A DNA stretch of 64,000 bases, from assembly GCA_034439575.1 (NCBI GenBank), contig JAWXAQ010000012.1, forward strand, positions 128,001-192,000. Reading direction: 5' to 3'. Shown here piece after piece: positions 29,386-40,045 of the stretch. The first letter of the stretch is position 1; each line of letters opens with the position of its first letter. The notes under the pieces are model-generated. The model saw nothing but the letters and a program-made list of their open reading frames with translations. It did no database searches and was not told the DNA's origin. The stretch is from Leptospira sp. Its GTDB lineage: Bacteria; Spirochaetota; Leptospiria; Leptospirales; Leptospiraceae. The position numbers and the translations under genes were made by a program.

Positions 29386-30942
29386 TTGCAGAAGATGTTA
29401 AAAATACGAATCTTTTTCCTTTTTTTTCTACTCATAACTTTTGATATTATTGCCGAACCCAATTTTTTTTCGGCCTCAGAGAAACAATTTTCAGATAAAA
29501 TTAAAAAGATAAAACTAGAAAATGGCCTGACCGTGATCATGATGAAACGCGGAACATCCCCGACTTTGGCCTTATATATAAAATTTAAAGTCGGTGCTGT
29601 GGATGAAACGCCTGAACTTGCAGGCACAGCCCACCTATTAGAACATATGCTTTTTAAAGGGACTAAAAATGTAGGAACCGTAGACTATACGAAGGAAAAA
29701 AAATACCAAGACCAAATCGAAGTTTGGGGAACAAAATTGGATAACCTTCGCTTAAGTGAACGTGAGTTAAGTGAAAGAGGGATGGAAATACCATCTTCGT
29801 TAAAGAAAGAGATTCAAACTTTCGAAAGGCGTCTCAAAAATTTAATTTTACTTCAAGATGAATTGATCCTAAAAAATGAAGATTCATATATTTACGAACA
29901 GAATGGAGAAGTGGGATTCAATGCTTATACCTCCCAAGACGTAACTAACTATCAAATTCAATTGCCTTCCAATAGATTAGAAATTTGGGCAAAAATTGAA
30001 TCTGATCGATTGAAAAATCCTATTTTACGTGAGTATTATACGGAAAGAGATGTGGTAATTGAAGAGAGGCGTATGCGCACCGATGATAGTGGAGCGGGCG
30101 TTCTGCGAGAAAGATTTTTTTCTGTTGGATTTGAAAATCATCCCTATCGGAAACCAGTCATTGGTTATGCGACAGGGCTTCCTTTTTTGAAAATTGATGA
30201 TACGATTAAATTCTTTAAGGAAAATTATACACCGAATCGTATGGTTATCTCTATTGTCGGAGATGTAGACTTTAATGAAACAGAAAGTATCGTAAGAAAG
30301 TATTTTTCTGATTTGCCAAAAGGTAAAGATAGACCACCTTACAAAGTGGAAGAAAAACAATATTTGGGCGAAAAAAGATTCAAAGTCCATCATCCTTCCA
30401 GTGAACAATTTATGATGGGTTGGTTGAAACCACCATATCCGCATAAAGACAATGCAGTTTTTGATGTACTATCAAATTTATTAACAACAGGCGCTGGTTC
30501 AAGATTAAACCAAAGATTGGTTTTAAATGATAAAACAGTAAACTCTGTGGGATCAGCCAATGGATACCCAGGTGAGAGGTACCAAAACTTTTTCACTTTA
30601 TTCATTAAACCACAGTCAGGTGCTAATGAAATCCAAATTGAAAAAGCAATTTGGGAAGAATTGGAAAAAATCCAAGAGAACGGTGTGAGCCAGGATGATT
30701 TAGAAAAAGTAAAAAACCAAATGATATCTGAATTTGTCCGAACTATGGATGAAAACGGTACCATTGCTGATTTACTTTCTTATTATGAATTGTTATATGG
30801 TAGTTGGAACCAACTTTTTTCTCAATATACGGCGATTCAAAGTGTGACTTCCAATGACATTCAAAATGTGATTCGCACTTACATCACTAAAAATCGGGTC
30901 GTTGTCGGTAGCCTTATCGATGTTAGAAAGACTGGAAAATAA
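29386..30942 (+). CDS. M16 family zinc peptidase (catalytic subunit)
   Basis: GTAHLLEHMLFKGT (HxxEH), NAYTS, ERDVVIEERR. Confidence 0.94.
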   Translation: MQKMLKIRIFFLFFLLITFDIIAEPNFFSASEKQFSDKIKKIKLENGLTVIMMKRGTSPTLALYIKFKVGAVDETPELAGTAHLLEHMLFKGTKNVGTVDYTKEKKYQDQIEVWGTKLDNLRLSERELSERGMEIPSSLKKEIQTFERRLKNLILLQDELILKNEDSYIYEQNGEVGFNAYTSQDVTNYQIQLPSNRLEIWAKIESDRLKNPILREYYTERDVVIEERRMRTDDSGAGVLRERFFSVGFENHPYRKPVIGYATGLPFLKIDDTIKFFKENYTPNRMVISIVGDVDFNETESIVRKYFSDLPKGKDRPPYKVEEKQYLGEKRFKVHHPSSEQFMMGWLKPPYPHKDNAVFDVLSNLLTTGAGSRLNQRLVLNDKTVNSVGSANGYPGERYQNFFTLFIKPQSGANEIQIEKAIWEELEKIQENGVSQDDLEKVKNQMISEFVRTMDENGTIADLLSYYELLYGSWNQLFSQYTAIQSVTSNDIQNVIRTYITKNRVVVGSLIDVRKTGK

Positions 30943-30945
30943 TTT

Positions 30946-32358
30946 ATGAAAATTTTAATTGTATTTTTAATAACATTCGCATTAAATCTTTCCGCTTACG
31001 AAATCGGAGATTTTGTTCGAGATATCAAATTGAAATCCTTGGATTTCCCATTTCCTAAAATTTCTTCAGAATCTTCAAATGATAATACTGAAATTCTAAG
31101 TCTACCAAATGCTGATTTTCCTATTGTATTTGCAGAATTTCAGATTTATTACGGCAAAAAGAATATTGGTAATAGAAAGACGGCAATTGTTCATCTACTT
31201 GAAGATGCCTGGCAATTCTCTGGATCAAAATCATATCCAAAAGATAAATTATTACAAGAATTTGAAAAGTTAGGTGCTACTTTTTCTTTAGACTTAGATT
31301 ATGAAAAGACGATTCTATCTGTTTCTTATTTAAAAAAAGACGAGAAACGGGTGATTGAACTTTTATCTTCTTTTTGGAATGAACCTATTTTAGATTCTGA
31401 AATTGTAACGACCATGCGAGAACGTATCGCAGATAAAATTCGCAGAAGAAATGACAACCCAACAAGTATTGGAATGAGAAAATTAAAAGAAAGAGTTTTT
31501 AAAAATACGATAGCTGGTAAAGTTTCAACTATAGATGGTTTAAATTCTGTAACGATTGATGATTTAAGCTTATTTCAAAAAGAAATCTTATCAGAAAGGA
31601 ACCGAAAACTTCTATTAACTGGTGATGTAGATATCAAATTGTGGAAAGAATATCTCTCTAAATTTCCAATCAATAATCAAACATTATCTACTGCTGAAAT
31701 CGTAAAGTTTGATGATATTAAAAAGAATATAAATTTAATCGAAAAGAAACATATACTTGTAGAGAAGGATGTTTCGCAATCTTTTGTGGCGATGATGGGA
31801 GTTTTGCCCAAGCACAATGATCCAGACTTTTATGCGATTCAGGTTTTAAATTATATAATTGGTGGTGGTGGATTTAACTCCTATTATATGAGAGAAATTC
31901 GAAATAACCGAGGTCTTGCTTATTCTGCTGGTAGTTCATGTGATTTTCAAAAAGAATATGGAACCATACAATTCTATGCGATGACAAAAGCAGAATCAAC
32001 GGTGGAAGTTTTAAAACTGATGCAAGATTTGATTCAATCCGATTTTATTTCCACACTTAAAGAAGAAGAATTAAAACGAGCCACTGTCGCCATTACAAAT
32101 CAGTTTGTATTCTTATTTGACGATTCAAAAAAAGTATTACGAAATGAATTAAGATTTCGTGACCATGAAATGCCAGAAGGCTATCTTTTAAATTTTAGAA
32201 AGAACATAGAAGCAGTAAAGTTAGATGATATCAAAAAGGTTGGCAAAAAGTATTTTGATCCAAGTCACTTAACCATAATGATCGTGGGACCTAAACAATT
32301 GAAAGAAAAACTTGGAAATGATTTCACTTTGATACAACCCGAAGATATAATACCTTAA
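30946..32358 (+). CDS. M16 family peptidase (non-catalytic partner)
   Basis: Degenerate HLLED; IIGGGGFNS and REIRNNRGLAY. Confidence 0.9.
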   Translation: MKILIVFLITFALNLSAYEIGDFVRDIKLKSLDFPFPKISSESSNDNTEILSLPNADFPIVFAEFQIYYGKKNIGNRKTAIVHLLEDAWQFSGSKSYPKDKLLQEFEKLGATFSLDLDYEKTILSVSYLKKDEKRVIELLSSFWNEPILDSEIVTTMRERIADKIRRRNDNPTSIGMRKLKERVFKNTIAGKVSTIDGLNSVTIDDLSLFQKEILSERNRKLLLTGDVDIKLWKEYLSKFPINNQTLSTAEIVKFDDIKKNINLIEKKHILVEKDVSQSFVAMMGVLPKHNDPDFYAIQVLNYIIGGGGFNSYYMREIRNNRGLAYSAGSSCDFQKEYGTIQFYAMTKAESTVEVLKLMQDLIQSDFISTLKEEELKRATVAITNQFVFLFDDSKKVLRNELRFRDHEMPEGYLLNFRKNIEAVKLDDIKKVGKKYFDPSHLTIMIVGPKQLKEKLGNDFTLIQPEDIIP

Positions 32359-33194
32359 TGGGAAATGTATTATTTTCGCATAAGAATTGGAAATTTGATG
32401 GAATTTCAGAAGGTGGGATTAGAACTTCTATCACATTTCCTTCCTTAGATCTTATGTTTGATTTTGGATCTGTAAATCCAGATAAGATTCATATCAGTCA
32501 AATTTTACTTACTCATGCACATTTAGATCATTCGGCAGGCATTCCTTATTATGTTTCGCAGCGTTCTCTTCGTAAATTACCTCCTCCTAAGATATTTGTT
32601 CCTAAATCTCTCGTAGAAAATTTAAACAAAATTTTAAAATTGTACTCTGAGATAGAAGATTTTGATTACAAATATGATGTGATTGGTGTCGATCATTTTG
32701 AATCAGTTCCATTGAAACCAGGATTTTTTTTTACAGCACTTCCATCCTTTCATCGTGTGCCTTCGCAAGGTTATACGATCTTTGAAACAAAAAGAAAATT
32801 ACAAAAAAAATATTCTCATTTGGATCAAAATGAAATTCGTGATATGAAAGAAGGTGGATTCGATCCGACTGAAGAAGTTATAAGTCCACTCGTTTCTTTT
32901 TCTGGTGATACAAAAATAGAATACTTATTGGAAAACGAGAGTGTTCGTAAGAGTCAGATATTGTTTTTAGAGTGCACCTATTATTGTGAAAATCGTGGAG
33001 TGGAAAGAGCACGGGAGTGGGGTCATACACATTTAGACGAAATAGTGAAACACGCAGATGCCTTTGAAAATGAAGCTCTCGTACTCATCCATCCTTCCAA
33101 AAGGTATAGCTATAGAGAATTGCATGAATGGATACAAAAAAAGTTACCTGAACAATTATTGCAAAAAACGCATTTATTCATTCCTAAAAGATAA
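32358..33194 (+). CDS. MBL-fold nuclease, short RNase Z-like
   Basis: THAHLDH, HRVPSQGY, SGDT, LECT, GHTH, LIHPSKRY. Confidence 0.75.
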   Translation: MGNVLFSHKNWKFDGISEGGIRTSITFPSLDLMFDFGSVNPDKIHISQILLTHAHLDHSAGIPYYVSQRSLRKLPPPKIFVPKSLVENLNKILKLYSEIEDFDYKYDVIGVDHFESVPLKPGFFFTALPSFHRVPSQGYTIFETKRKLQKKYSHLDQNEIRDMKEGGFDPTEEVISPLVSFSGDTKIEYLLENESVRKSQILFLECTYYCENRGVERAREWGHTHLDEIVKHADAFENEALVLIHPSKRYSYRELHEWIQKKLPEQLLQKTHLFIPKR

Positions 33195-33200
33195 TTCCAA

Positions 33201-33860
33201 ATGAAAAAACGTACATCCATTTTTACACCTAACATGGAAGCCTATATAGATTCAGAACTTGTGAAACGGCCTCACCCTTTATTTTTTGAAATGGAAGCAT
33301 ATGCCTTAGAACATTCAGTTCCTATTGTGAGTGCAGCGACTGGTGCCGTGTTAAAATCATTGCTACAAACTTGGAATCCGAAAGAAGTATGGGAACTTGG
33401 CACAGGCATTGGGTATTCAACTCTTTGGATGGCAATGGGTGCAACTAATGCAAATATTACGACCTTAGATAGAAATCCACACCAAGCTTCACTTTTAGAA
33501 AAATATGCATCTATCATTTTAGAAAATGGAAAAAATAGGATTCGATATATTTCAAGTTGGGTAATGGATTATATGTATGCTAATATCAATGAATGGGCTA
33601 ATGCAGATTTAGTTTTTATCGATTGTGATAAAGTAACCTATCCAGAGTTATGGGATATTGTTTCCTTTCATTTGAAAATAGGTGCACGGATTGTTTATGA
33701 TAATGTTTTGTGGCATGGAAGACTCATTGATGAGAGCTTTCAGAATCCGTCTGATATCGCGGTGCGAGCATTATGGAAGCGAGTCAAAGAATCTACTTTT
33801 AATTATACACTTTTCCCAGTTGGCGATGGACTGCTTGTTGCTGAAAAAATGAAAAAATAG
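33201..33860 (+). CDS. SAM-dependent O-methyltransferase
   Basis: ELGTGIGYS, VFIDCDK, DNVLWHG, VGDGL. Confidence 0.9.
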   Translation: MKKRTSIFTPNMEAYIDSELVKRPHPLFFEMEAYALEHSVPIVSAATGAVLKSLLQTWNPKEVWELGTGIGYSTLWMAMGATNANITTLDRNPHQASLLEKYASIILENGKNRIRYISSWVMDYMYANINEWANADLVFIDCDKVTYPELWDIVSFHLKIGARIVYDNVLWHGRLIDESFQNPSDIAVRALWKRVKESTFNYTLFPVGDGLLVAEKMKK

Positions 33861-33920
33861 TAGTCAACCTTCCTTTCGTTTATACATATAGGTAGATATT
33901 TTAGGAGAGATCTTCGAAAC

Positions 33921-34679
33921 ATGAAAACTTTATTGATACTATTACTTTCATTCTCTAGTTTTATTGTACTATTCGCGCAGGAAACCGCAACCGTTGACCG
34001 TGGTAAAGAGTCCCAAGAAGAGATGGAAAAATTGGACCAAGGTTCCAATTTAGAACGTAAACAATATAGAGAAATTTCTGAAAAGTATCGTGAACGCATT
34101 GCCAATGGTATCAAATTACTTACCATAGTATCAGCTAACTTTGGTGAGGAAGTGCCAGATTCCAAAACAGCCCTCGAAAATATCATTAAAGAAAATCAAA
34201 TCGCTCTTAGATACTATTACAGAAATGCACATGTTGCCTCTGGGAAAAGTACACAAAAAGTGGATAAAGATCTGACTGCCTTACTTGGAAAATTTGCAAA
34301 GGTGTATGATACAAAAACACAAAATTTGTTGACTGAGTGTGCTGATTCCATCACAAAACAAGAGCAAACGCAATTAATCAATGATTCCCAAGATTCATCC
34401 AAGTCATTTAGTAGTAATTTTGTCGATGTTACAGATAGTACGCATAAATTAAAAATTGCTTATAACCAGTTATCCTTAGCTCTTGATATGGCGAGAGATG
34501 ATAGATTTTATAATGCCATCATTCATTTTAGAATTGCTAAAGATTATGGTATTAAAATTCTAACAGACCTTAAGGAAGCGGAAGCGGATAAAAAAGCTGT
34601 AACAGACAAATATGTTAAGGATCTGGCTGACAATAGAAATATGATTAGTGGTGGCGGTTCTAGTGTACCGAAAAAATAG
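33921..34679 (+). CDS. Exported helical hypothetical protein
   Basis: Signal peptide (LFA-QE); SD AGGAGA; hairpin downstream. Confidence 0.8.
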   Translation: MKTLLILLLSFSSFIVLFAQETATVDRGKESQEEMEKLDQGSNLERKQYREISEKYRERIANGIKLLTIVSANFGEEVPDSKTALENIIKENQIALRYYYRNAHVASGKSTQKVDKDLTALLGKFAKVYDTKTQNLLTECADSITKQEQTQLINDSQDSSKSFSSNFVDVTDSTHKLKIAYNQLSLALDMARDDRFYNAIIHFRIAKDYGIKILTDLKEAEADKKAVTDKYVKDLADNRNMISGGGSSVPKK

Positions 34680-34691
34680 TATTTAATCTAA

Positions 34692-34719
34692 GGGTGGATT
34701 ACTCTGCCCAATTTTTATT
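34692..34719 (+). terminator. Putative intrinsic terminator
   Basis: GGGTGGA-TTAC-TCTGCCC stem with GU pairs, followed by AATTTTTATT. Confidence 0.45.
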
Positions 34720-36048
34720 GTGAAATTAGTTTATTTTTTAATTATATTTATATGTTCATTCGGCTTCCTGTTAGGTGTCCCTACGTATTCAGTAGTGGTA
34801 GATGCAGGTCATGGTGGAATTGCGAAAGAACCGATCACAGAATATGGTGATAAGTATGATTCCATCACCCAAACGTATTTGGAAAAATACAAACAAGGTA
34901 CAGAGCATGGAGATGTGACAGAACGTGCAGTCGTTCTTGAACTCGCAAAAGAAGTACATAAAATTTTAGCACTGACGGAGTCGGATGCTGGTTGGGAAAT
35001 TTTTCAAAGTTACTTAAAGAAATTCTCAAACACAAAATCTTTTTCAAGAATTATCCTGAATTCTCACCTAACTCGGACTTCGAACTTTGAAGATGATTCT
35101 GGAAATTCGGATCTAAATGCCAAGTATAGACTGTATGATTTTCCCAATGTTAAGACGGCAGAGAGAACAAAGGGCAGGCTCTCTATCATAAACGAAAAAA
35201 AACCGTATTTAGTTCTATCACTTCATTTAAATCCTGCGGGGAAAGGGCATGAGGGAGGGATGGCGGCAGTTCTCACCCCAGGATATACGACATTTAAAAA
35301 ACTGCAAGAGATTTCGAATGGAAAAAGAAAACCGGGTTCATTTCTAAGCTCTCCCTGGTCCGACTGGCTCGTGTTTGCCGACGGCCATTCTAAATTAGAA
35401 AATGCGATCATTGACACATGGATATATCTGCATGGATATTGGACGGATAAATCTGGAAAAAAAACTGACTTGAATAAATTCGAAGGCTATCGTCAAAATA
35501 TGGTTAGCTGGTCATATTCTGATGGGAAAGGATGGGAATCAAAAGCTAAAGAAAATGCAAAAGGACCATACGCTAAAACTCATTCAGGATTTATTGCTGA
35601 AGGAAAATTTTGGGAAAGAGAAAAAGGGAAAGAAGAATCATGGAGAAGGGAAGGTGGCAGAGAAGGATTCGGAGGGGACAATCATTATGCTTCCAAAGAA
35701 TTGATGCGTTTTGTGCAATTTGGTTTAAGAGAACAATTAAAAGAAAATAAGAACAAATATCCGGAAGTCGGCCCCATACAAAAACCATATATTTCCACAT
35801 ACAGCCTTCCCACTTATACAAATGCTATATGTGCCTTTCTGGAAATTGGTTATATTAATCGAAAACGAGATATAAAATATTTAACTCAAAACAAAAAAGA
35901 AACGGCGATATCTCTGGCCGTCGGCATATACTCATTGTTTGCTGGTTTAGAGATAAAAAAACCAAAAAATATGCCTGTGATTCCTAAAGGAAAAAAGATA
36001 AACTGGGATCGATATGAAAATTATTTTGAAAAGGTTGTTTCGCCTTGA
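34720..36048 (+). CDS. N-acetylmuramoyl-L-alanine amidase (Amidase_3) with large insertions
   Basis: VVVDAGHGG, TER, LSLHLN, AFLEIGYI zinc/catalytic motifs. Confidence 0.8.
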   Translation: MKLVYFLIIFICSFGFLLGVPTYSVVVDAGHGGIAKEPITEYGDKYDSITQTYLEKYKQGTEHGDVTERAVVLELAKEVHKILALTESDAGWEIFQSYLKKFSNTKSFSRIILNSHLTRTSNFEDDSGNSDLNAKYRLYDFPNVKTAERTKGRLSIINEKKPYLVLSLHLNPAGKGHEGGMAAVLTPGYTTFKKLQEISNGKRKPGSFLSSPWSDWLVFADGHSKLENAIIDTWIYLHGYWTDKSGKKTDLNKFEGYRQNMVSWSYSDGKGWESKAKENAKGPYAKTHSGFIAEGKFWEREKGKEESWRREGGREGFGGDNHYASKELMRFVQFGLREQLKENKNKYPEVGPIQKPYISTYSLPTYTNAICAFLEIGYINRKRDIKYLTQNKKETAISLAVGIYSLFAGLEIKKPKNMPVIPKGKKINWDRYENYFEKVVSP

Positions 36049-36818
36049 AAGAAAACATAAATCTAATCAATCATCCTCTTTTTCCGAAAGTGATTTCTGC
36101 GTATCAAATATCTTTGAAAAAAAGGTATTCAGAGGAATCATTAAAAAGATATCCCACCTTTGATATTATCCCTCGCAACACGATTGAACTTCTTATTAAT
36201 TTTTTTATAGAATATTTATATCCAGAATATGAAAAAAGATTGGAATTAGATTCCGCCTTTCGTTCGTTATCTGGATTTGTTCATAATCCCGCAAAACTTT
36301 GGGGAATACTTGGAAACTTAGCGGCTTCTATATTTCGTTTTGGTAGGCATTTTCCTGCGGCTCTAAAGGCAGGCCTCGCCGCATTGCACTCGTATGTGAC
36401 AGCTCATACATTCGAAGAAATTTTAATCAGAGAAACAGATGTTGAATCAAAGTTTGGTGATCCTTTCGCAGATGAAAATGGTTTTCTTAGAATTCTTGCT
36501 CGTATCCCACAATCAGATGCAGATGCATTTCGTTCGGATATAGGAAAACTATTTCGAATTTTCACAGATCGCTTGTTAGTTGAAAAAATTATACTAATCC
36601 TTGAAGATGTTTTAAAAAAGATGATTTCTAAAGGTAAGCTTTATTCAGAAGACGACCATCGTGCGATCACACTTGGCATAAATATTTTAAAAGAGGGGAG
36701 ATTTATTTTTGATTCTTTGGCAGTGACTCAGATGAATTTAATCATCCAAGCCATAGATACAATTGAAAAAGATTTTTTCCAAGAGGCTAAAAAGTTAGAA
36801 AATAAGCAATCAATTTGA
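36045..36818 (+). CDS. Hypothetical helical protein
   Basis: 257-aa ORF; TTGA overlap with the amidase stop. Confidence 0.75.
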   Translation: MKENINLINHPLFPKVISAYQISLKKRYSEESLKRYPTFDIIPRNTIELLINFFIEYLYPEYEKRLELDSAFRSLSGFVHNPAKLWGILGNLAASIFRFGRHFPAALKAGLAALHSYVTAHTFEEILIRETDVESKFGDPFADENGFLRILARIPQSDADAFRSDIGKLFRIFTDRLLVEKIILILEDVLKKMISKGKLYSEDDHRAITLGINILKEGRFIFDSLAVTQMNLIIQAIDTIEKDFFQEAKKLENKQSI

Positions 36819-36819
36819 T

Positions 36820-36906
36820 TGGTACCGATGGCCGGAATCGAACCGGCATGATGTTACCATCGGTGGATTTTGAATCCACTGCGTCTACCAATTCCACCAC
36901 ATCGGC
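36820..36906 (-). tRNA. tRNA-Leu (anticodon CAA)
   Basis: GCCGATG...CATCGGT-A-CCA, anticodon arm GTGGA-TTCAAAA-TCCAC, long variable arm, GGTTCGATTCC. Confidence 0.96.
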
Positions 36907-36914
36907 AAATTGGC

Positions 36915-37319
36915 TTAGTCTTCTGCTTCTATATATTTACCTTTCCCGCGGGCCACTATTTTGCCGATCTCATTTTCAATCTCAGCACGGTTCTCGATGA
37001 TTTTTTTGTTCTTTTTTACAAACCATCCACGCAAATGGAGAGGTTCATTGACCTTGGCTGGTTGCAAAAAACGAATCGTTAGTTCTCCAGTTGTCGTCTC
37101 GAAGTTCATCGCTTCGTTGATTTTTACCATGATCTCATCTAGGATCGTTGAAATGATTCCTGGATGGATTTGATCCGGCAAACCTTGGTACTTATCAGGG
37201 CAAGTGTAATCCCCGAATGCAGTTTTAGTATCTTCGTCAAAGGTAATTTTCAACTGCAAACCGTCTCCATTGTCTGGACTGGAGGCAAAGCTTAGATTTT
37301 TCTTGGCAACGGATTTCAT
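36915..37319 (-). CDS. PaaI family (hotdog-fold) thioesterase
   Basis: [24 protein letters not shown]. Confidence 0.88.
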   Translation of the reverse strand: MKSVAKKNLSFASSPDNGDGLQLKITFDEDTKTAFGDYTCPDKYQGLPDQIHPGIISTILDEIMVKINEAMNFETTTGELTIRFLQPAKVNEPLHLRGWFVKKNKKIIENRAEIENEIGKIVARGKGKYIEAED

Positions 37320-37485
37320 GCCACCATATCAAGAAAAAAAACTCCCCTTGTCAAGCACAAAATGGACAGGCGGTCATTTTGGTGCCTTTTTGCGATAGAT
37401 CGCGAAATGAAAGGCTTCTATGCTAGAATATAACTCAATTCTAGAGGTCAAAACCTCGAAAATAAGATAGGAACTAAAAGATTCA

Positions 37486-40014
37486 ATGATCACAACGTTA
37501 ATGATGTTACTCGGGCTTTCAGGAGCGGGGGCTGGCCTATACAATGTGATCAAAAAACCAGGTGAAGGCGAAGAAGACCCAGGACAAACACCATCTGGTC
37601 GGAGACGAAGATCCAGATCCCAAACTAACACAGATGAGGATGTCCCTAGCCGAAGCCCCAACCGAACCGAAAGGAATGAACCGTCGCCTAATTGGGGTGG
37701 ACGAGGTAAGGAACTTCCATTTCAAACATCAAAGTCGGAAGATGGCAAACTGCCTCGTGGGGATGCTCGTCCATTATCAGAGGGTGGGCCTGACCTTGGG
37801 GACTGGACAAAGGAAGAGGAAACAACAGAGCCTAACAAGAAACCACCAAGGCGAAAGAGAGAAAAGGCCGAAGACAAGGAACAGGCTCCATCCTTAGAAG
37901 ACATACCCTTAGGTGAGTTTGGCGATTCACCAAACGAGGGTGAAAGTTCTTCATCGAAACCACGTAACCAAACTGATAGACCAGAAATTTCCTTTCCTGT
38001 TGATGATATCATTTCAAAAAACTCAAAGTATTCCTTTCATAGAAGGCCACTTATCAATGCAGAAGCTTTGATTGAAAAAGATAATCTTGAGGAAGCCATT
38101 GAAATCTTACAGCGAACGGGTGATAGAATCCCTGATCCTGAAATTAAAAATAAAATACAAAAAAATATTTCGGATATTGAAGATTTTATCGAAAGTCAAC
38201 CCGCGCCTGAATCTGGAGATGCGGGTGGAAGTGAAAAATCTGCGGATGGGAAACAAGAACCAAACAAGCGTCCGCTAGGTGATATTCCTTCGAAATCGGG
38301 TGATACTGGTTTTGAAGATTTTGTTTCAGCTTTGAGACAAGTGGCAGAAGTATTCGCAGATGCTGTAGCGAATGCAATGCAATATGCCAGGGACAACAAA
38401 CCTCCTGGTGAAGGTTTGCCTGCTTCCCCACAATTACCAAGTGGTTTAGACACAGCACCTAGTCCAAGAGAGTCATTACCACCGTCGAATCAAAGTGCTC
38501 CGCCATCTTTACCACCACCTGGAAATGTTGGTGCAGATTTTCTCCATCCAGTTATTTATCAATTTTTAAAGGATGCCCCACCACTACCTGGTTATGCGGG
38601 TCTTGATACCAAAGAAGAAAAACAAAATTATGAAAATTTAATTAAATCCTTAAACCAAGGATTAATGTCTCCACCAAATGCTCAGTTCCCGCAAGTCCCT
38701 CAAATTGGGGGAGGCGGAGTTCCTGGTGTTGTTGGTCCATTCTATTTGCCAAATCCAGACCAACTAACAAGTGGACTGGATTCGCTCGCCGAATCACTTA
38801 ACAAAGCAAAAGATGGCGCAGATAATTTTGCAGATATTGCAAACAAACTCGAACAAGCTAAGGGAGATATTCAAAACAAAGATATCTCTGATTTGGATTT
38901 ACCAGAAGACACTTTTTTCTCCGATGAATGGAAAGAATTTCGTGGGCTTCCTCTTGTGGATCGTCGAGTTGGTGGGGAAAGAAGAAAAAATGCTGACCGT
39001 AGAGATAATAAATCTGGAAGAAAAGATCGTAGGTCTGGCGAAGACCGCAGAAAAATTGATAGGTTCAAAGAACGTGAATCTTACTTAAAAGATAAAGCCT
39101 TACAAAAGTTAGAAGAGTCTGCCAAAAAAGCGCAGTCTCTCGCAAGCCCATCTTTAAATGATCTATTAAAACCATACTTTCCACCTATGCCAGAAAGACT
39201 CAATCTGCCCGATCCAAAAGATCGCAGAGAGAGATTGCCTGAGGAAGAAGAAAAACCAAAAGAAGAAGAATGGATCGAAGGGGATGATGACTGGTTTGAT
39301 AAAACCACTGAAGCCTTAAAAAAAGAAGTCTCTCTTCCTGAACCGATTGATCCAAGAGCTCCTATCACTTCGGATGCTCCACTCATTGGCCTTCCCGATC
39401 CACTGGATCCAGCGAAGGCAAAAGCAGAGACGATCATTGAGACGGATGATCCAATTCAGGTGGAACTAATGGCTAGGGCTCAGGAAGAAACGATGAAAAT
39501 CGGCTTGCCTGACCCAGAAGATGCCTTTAGAGATCGAATTGTTAAAAAAGAAGAAGAAGATAGGGAAGAGCCTGATTTAGACGAAGAGCCTCCAGAAATA
39601 GAGCTCATTGATGGTGAGTTAGGTGAAATAGCTGAGGCTAAAGATACACCCGACGAGATGGCCAATAAAATGGAGGAGGAGCCAGAGAAAATCATTCATG
39701 GCGTACTCGAACTAAAGCCTCCTGAGGCAGATGATGCGCCATTTCTAACACTTACATATGATTTTGGAAAAATTCCACATGCTTTTAGGCTTTCAAAGAA
39801 TTATTCTATTATGGAATATTCTTATTATAAATATAAACCTATGCTAATGAAAGCTCAAGAATTTGCTCGTAGAAAAATGTTAAAGAACGCACTTAATTAT
39901 TATAGAGTTATCAAATCTCAAAATATTCCACCTGAGCTTCGTAAGATGATCAACCGCAATATTAGAGATATTACAGAATTTATGGAAAAGTTCTTAATGG
40001 CAAAGGGAGGCTAA
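37486..40014 (+). CDS. Large membrane-anchored, mostly disordered Pro/acidic protein
   Basis: 842-aa ORF; N-terminal hydrophobic anchor, DRR-rich stretch, LP(D/E)P repeats, helical C-terminal domain. Confidence 0.85.
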   Translation: MITTLMMLLGLSGAGAGLYNVIKKPGEGEEDPGQTPSGRRRRSRSQTNTDEDVPSRSPNRTERNEPSPNWGGRGKELPFQTSKSEDGKLPRGDARPLSEGGPDLGDWTKEEETTEPNKKPPRRKREKAEDKEQAPSLEDIPLGEFGDSPNEGESSSSKPRNQTDRPEISFPVDDIISKNSKYSFHRRPLINAEALIEKDNLEEAIEILQRTGDRIPDPEIKNKIQKNISDIEDFIESQPAPESGDAGGSEKSADGKQEPNKRPLGDIPSKSGDTGFEDFVSALRQVAEVFADAVANAMQYARDNKPPGEGLPASPQLPSGLDTAPSPRESLPPSNQSAPPSLPPPGNVGADFLHPVIYQFLKDAPPLPGYAGLDTKEEKQNYENLIKSLNQGLMSPPNAQFPQVPQIGGGGVPGVVGPFYLPNPDQLTSGLDSLAESLNKAKDGADNFADIANKLEQAKGDIQNKDISDLDLPEDTFFSDEWKEFRGLPLVDRRVGGERRKNADRRDNKSGRKDRRSGEDRRKIDRFKERESYLKDKALQKLEESAKKAQSLASPSLNDLLKPYFPPMPERLNLPDPKDRRERLPEEEEKPKEEEWIEGDDDWFDKTTEALKKEVSLPEPIDPRAPITSDAPLIGLPDPLDPAKAKAETIIETDDPIQVELMARAQEETMKIGLPDPEDAFRDRIVKKEEEDREEPDLDEEPPEIELIDGELGEIAEAKDTPDEMANKMEEEPEKIIHGVLELKPPEADDAPFLTLTYDFGKIPHAFRLSKNYSIMEYSYYKYKPMLMKAQEFARRKMLKNALNYYRVIKSQNIPPELRKMINRNIRDITEFMEKFLMAKGG

Positions 40015-40045
40015 TTTCAAACATTGGTAGTTTGAAAAAATATTT

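Noticed and set aside
36820-36906. tRNA genes (this one and 18468-18540) as integration sites of an island
   Set aside because: No integrase, no duplicated tRNA 3' end seen, and flanking genes are core-like with uniform composition
36815-37173. Short ORFs over tRNA-Leu/thioesterase, and similar 60-140 aa antisense ORFs across the window
   Set aside because: Shadow frames of well-supported genes or tRNAs, with no motifs or RBS
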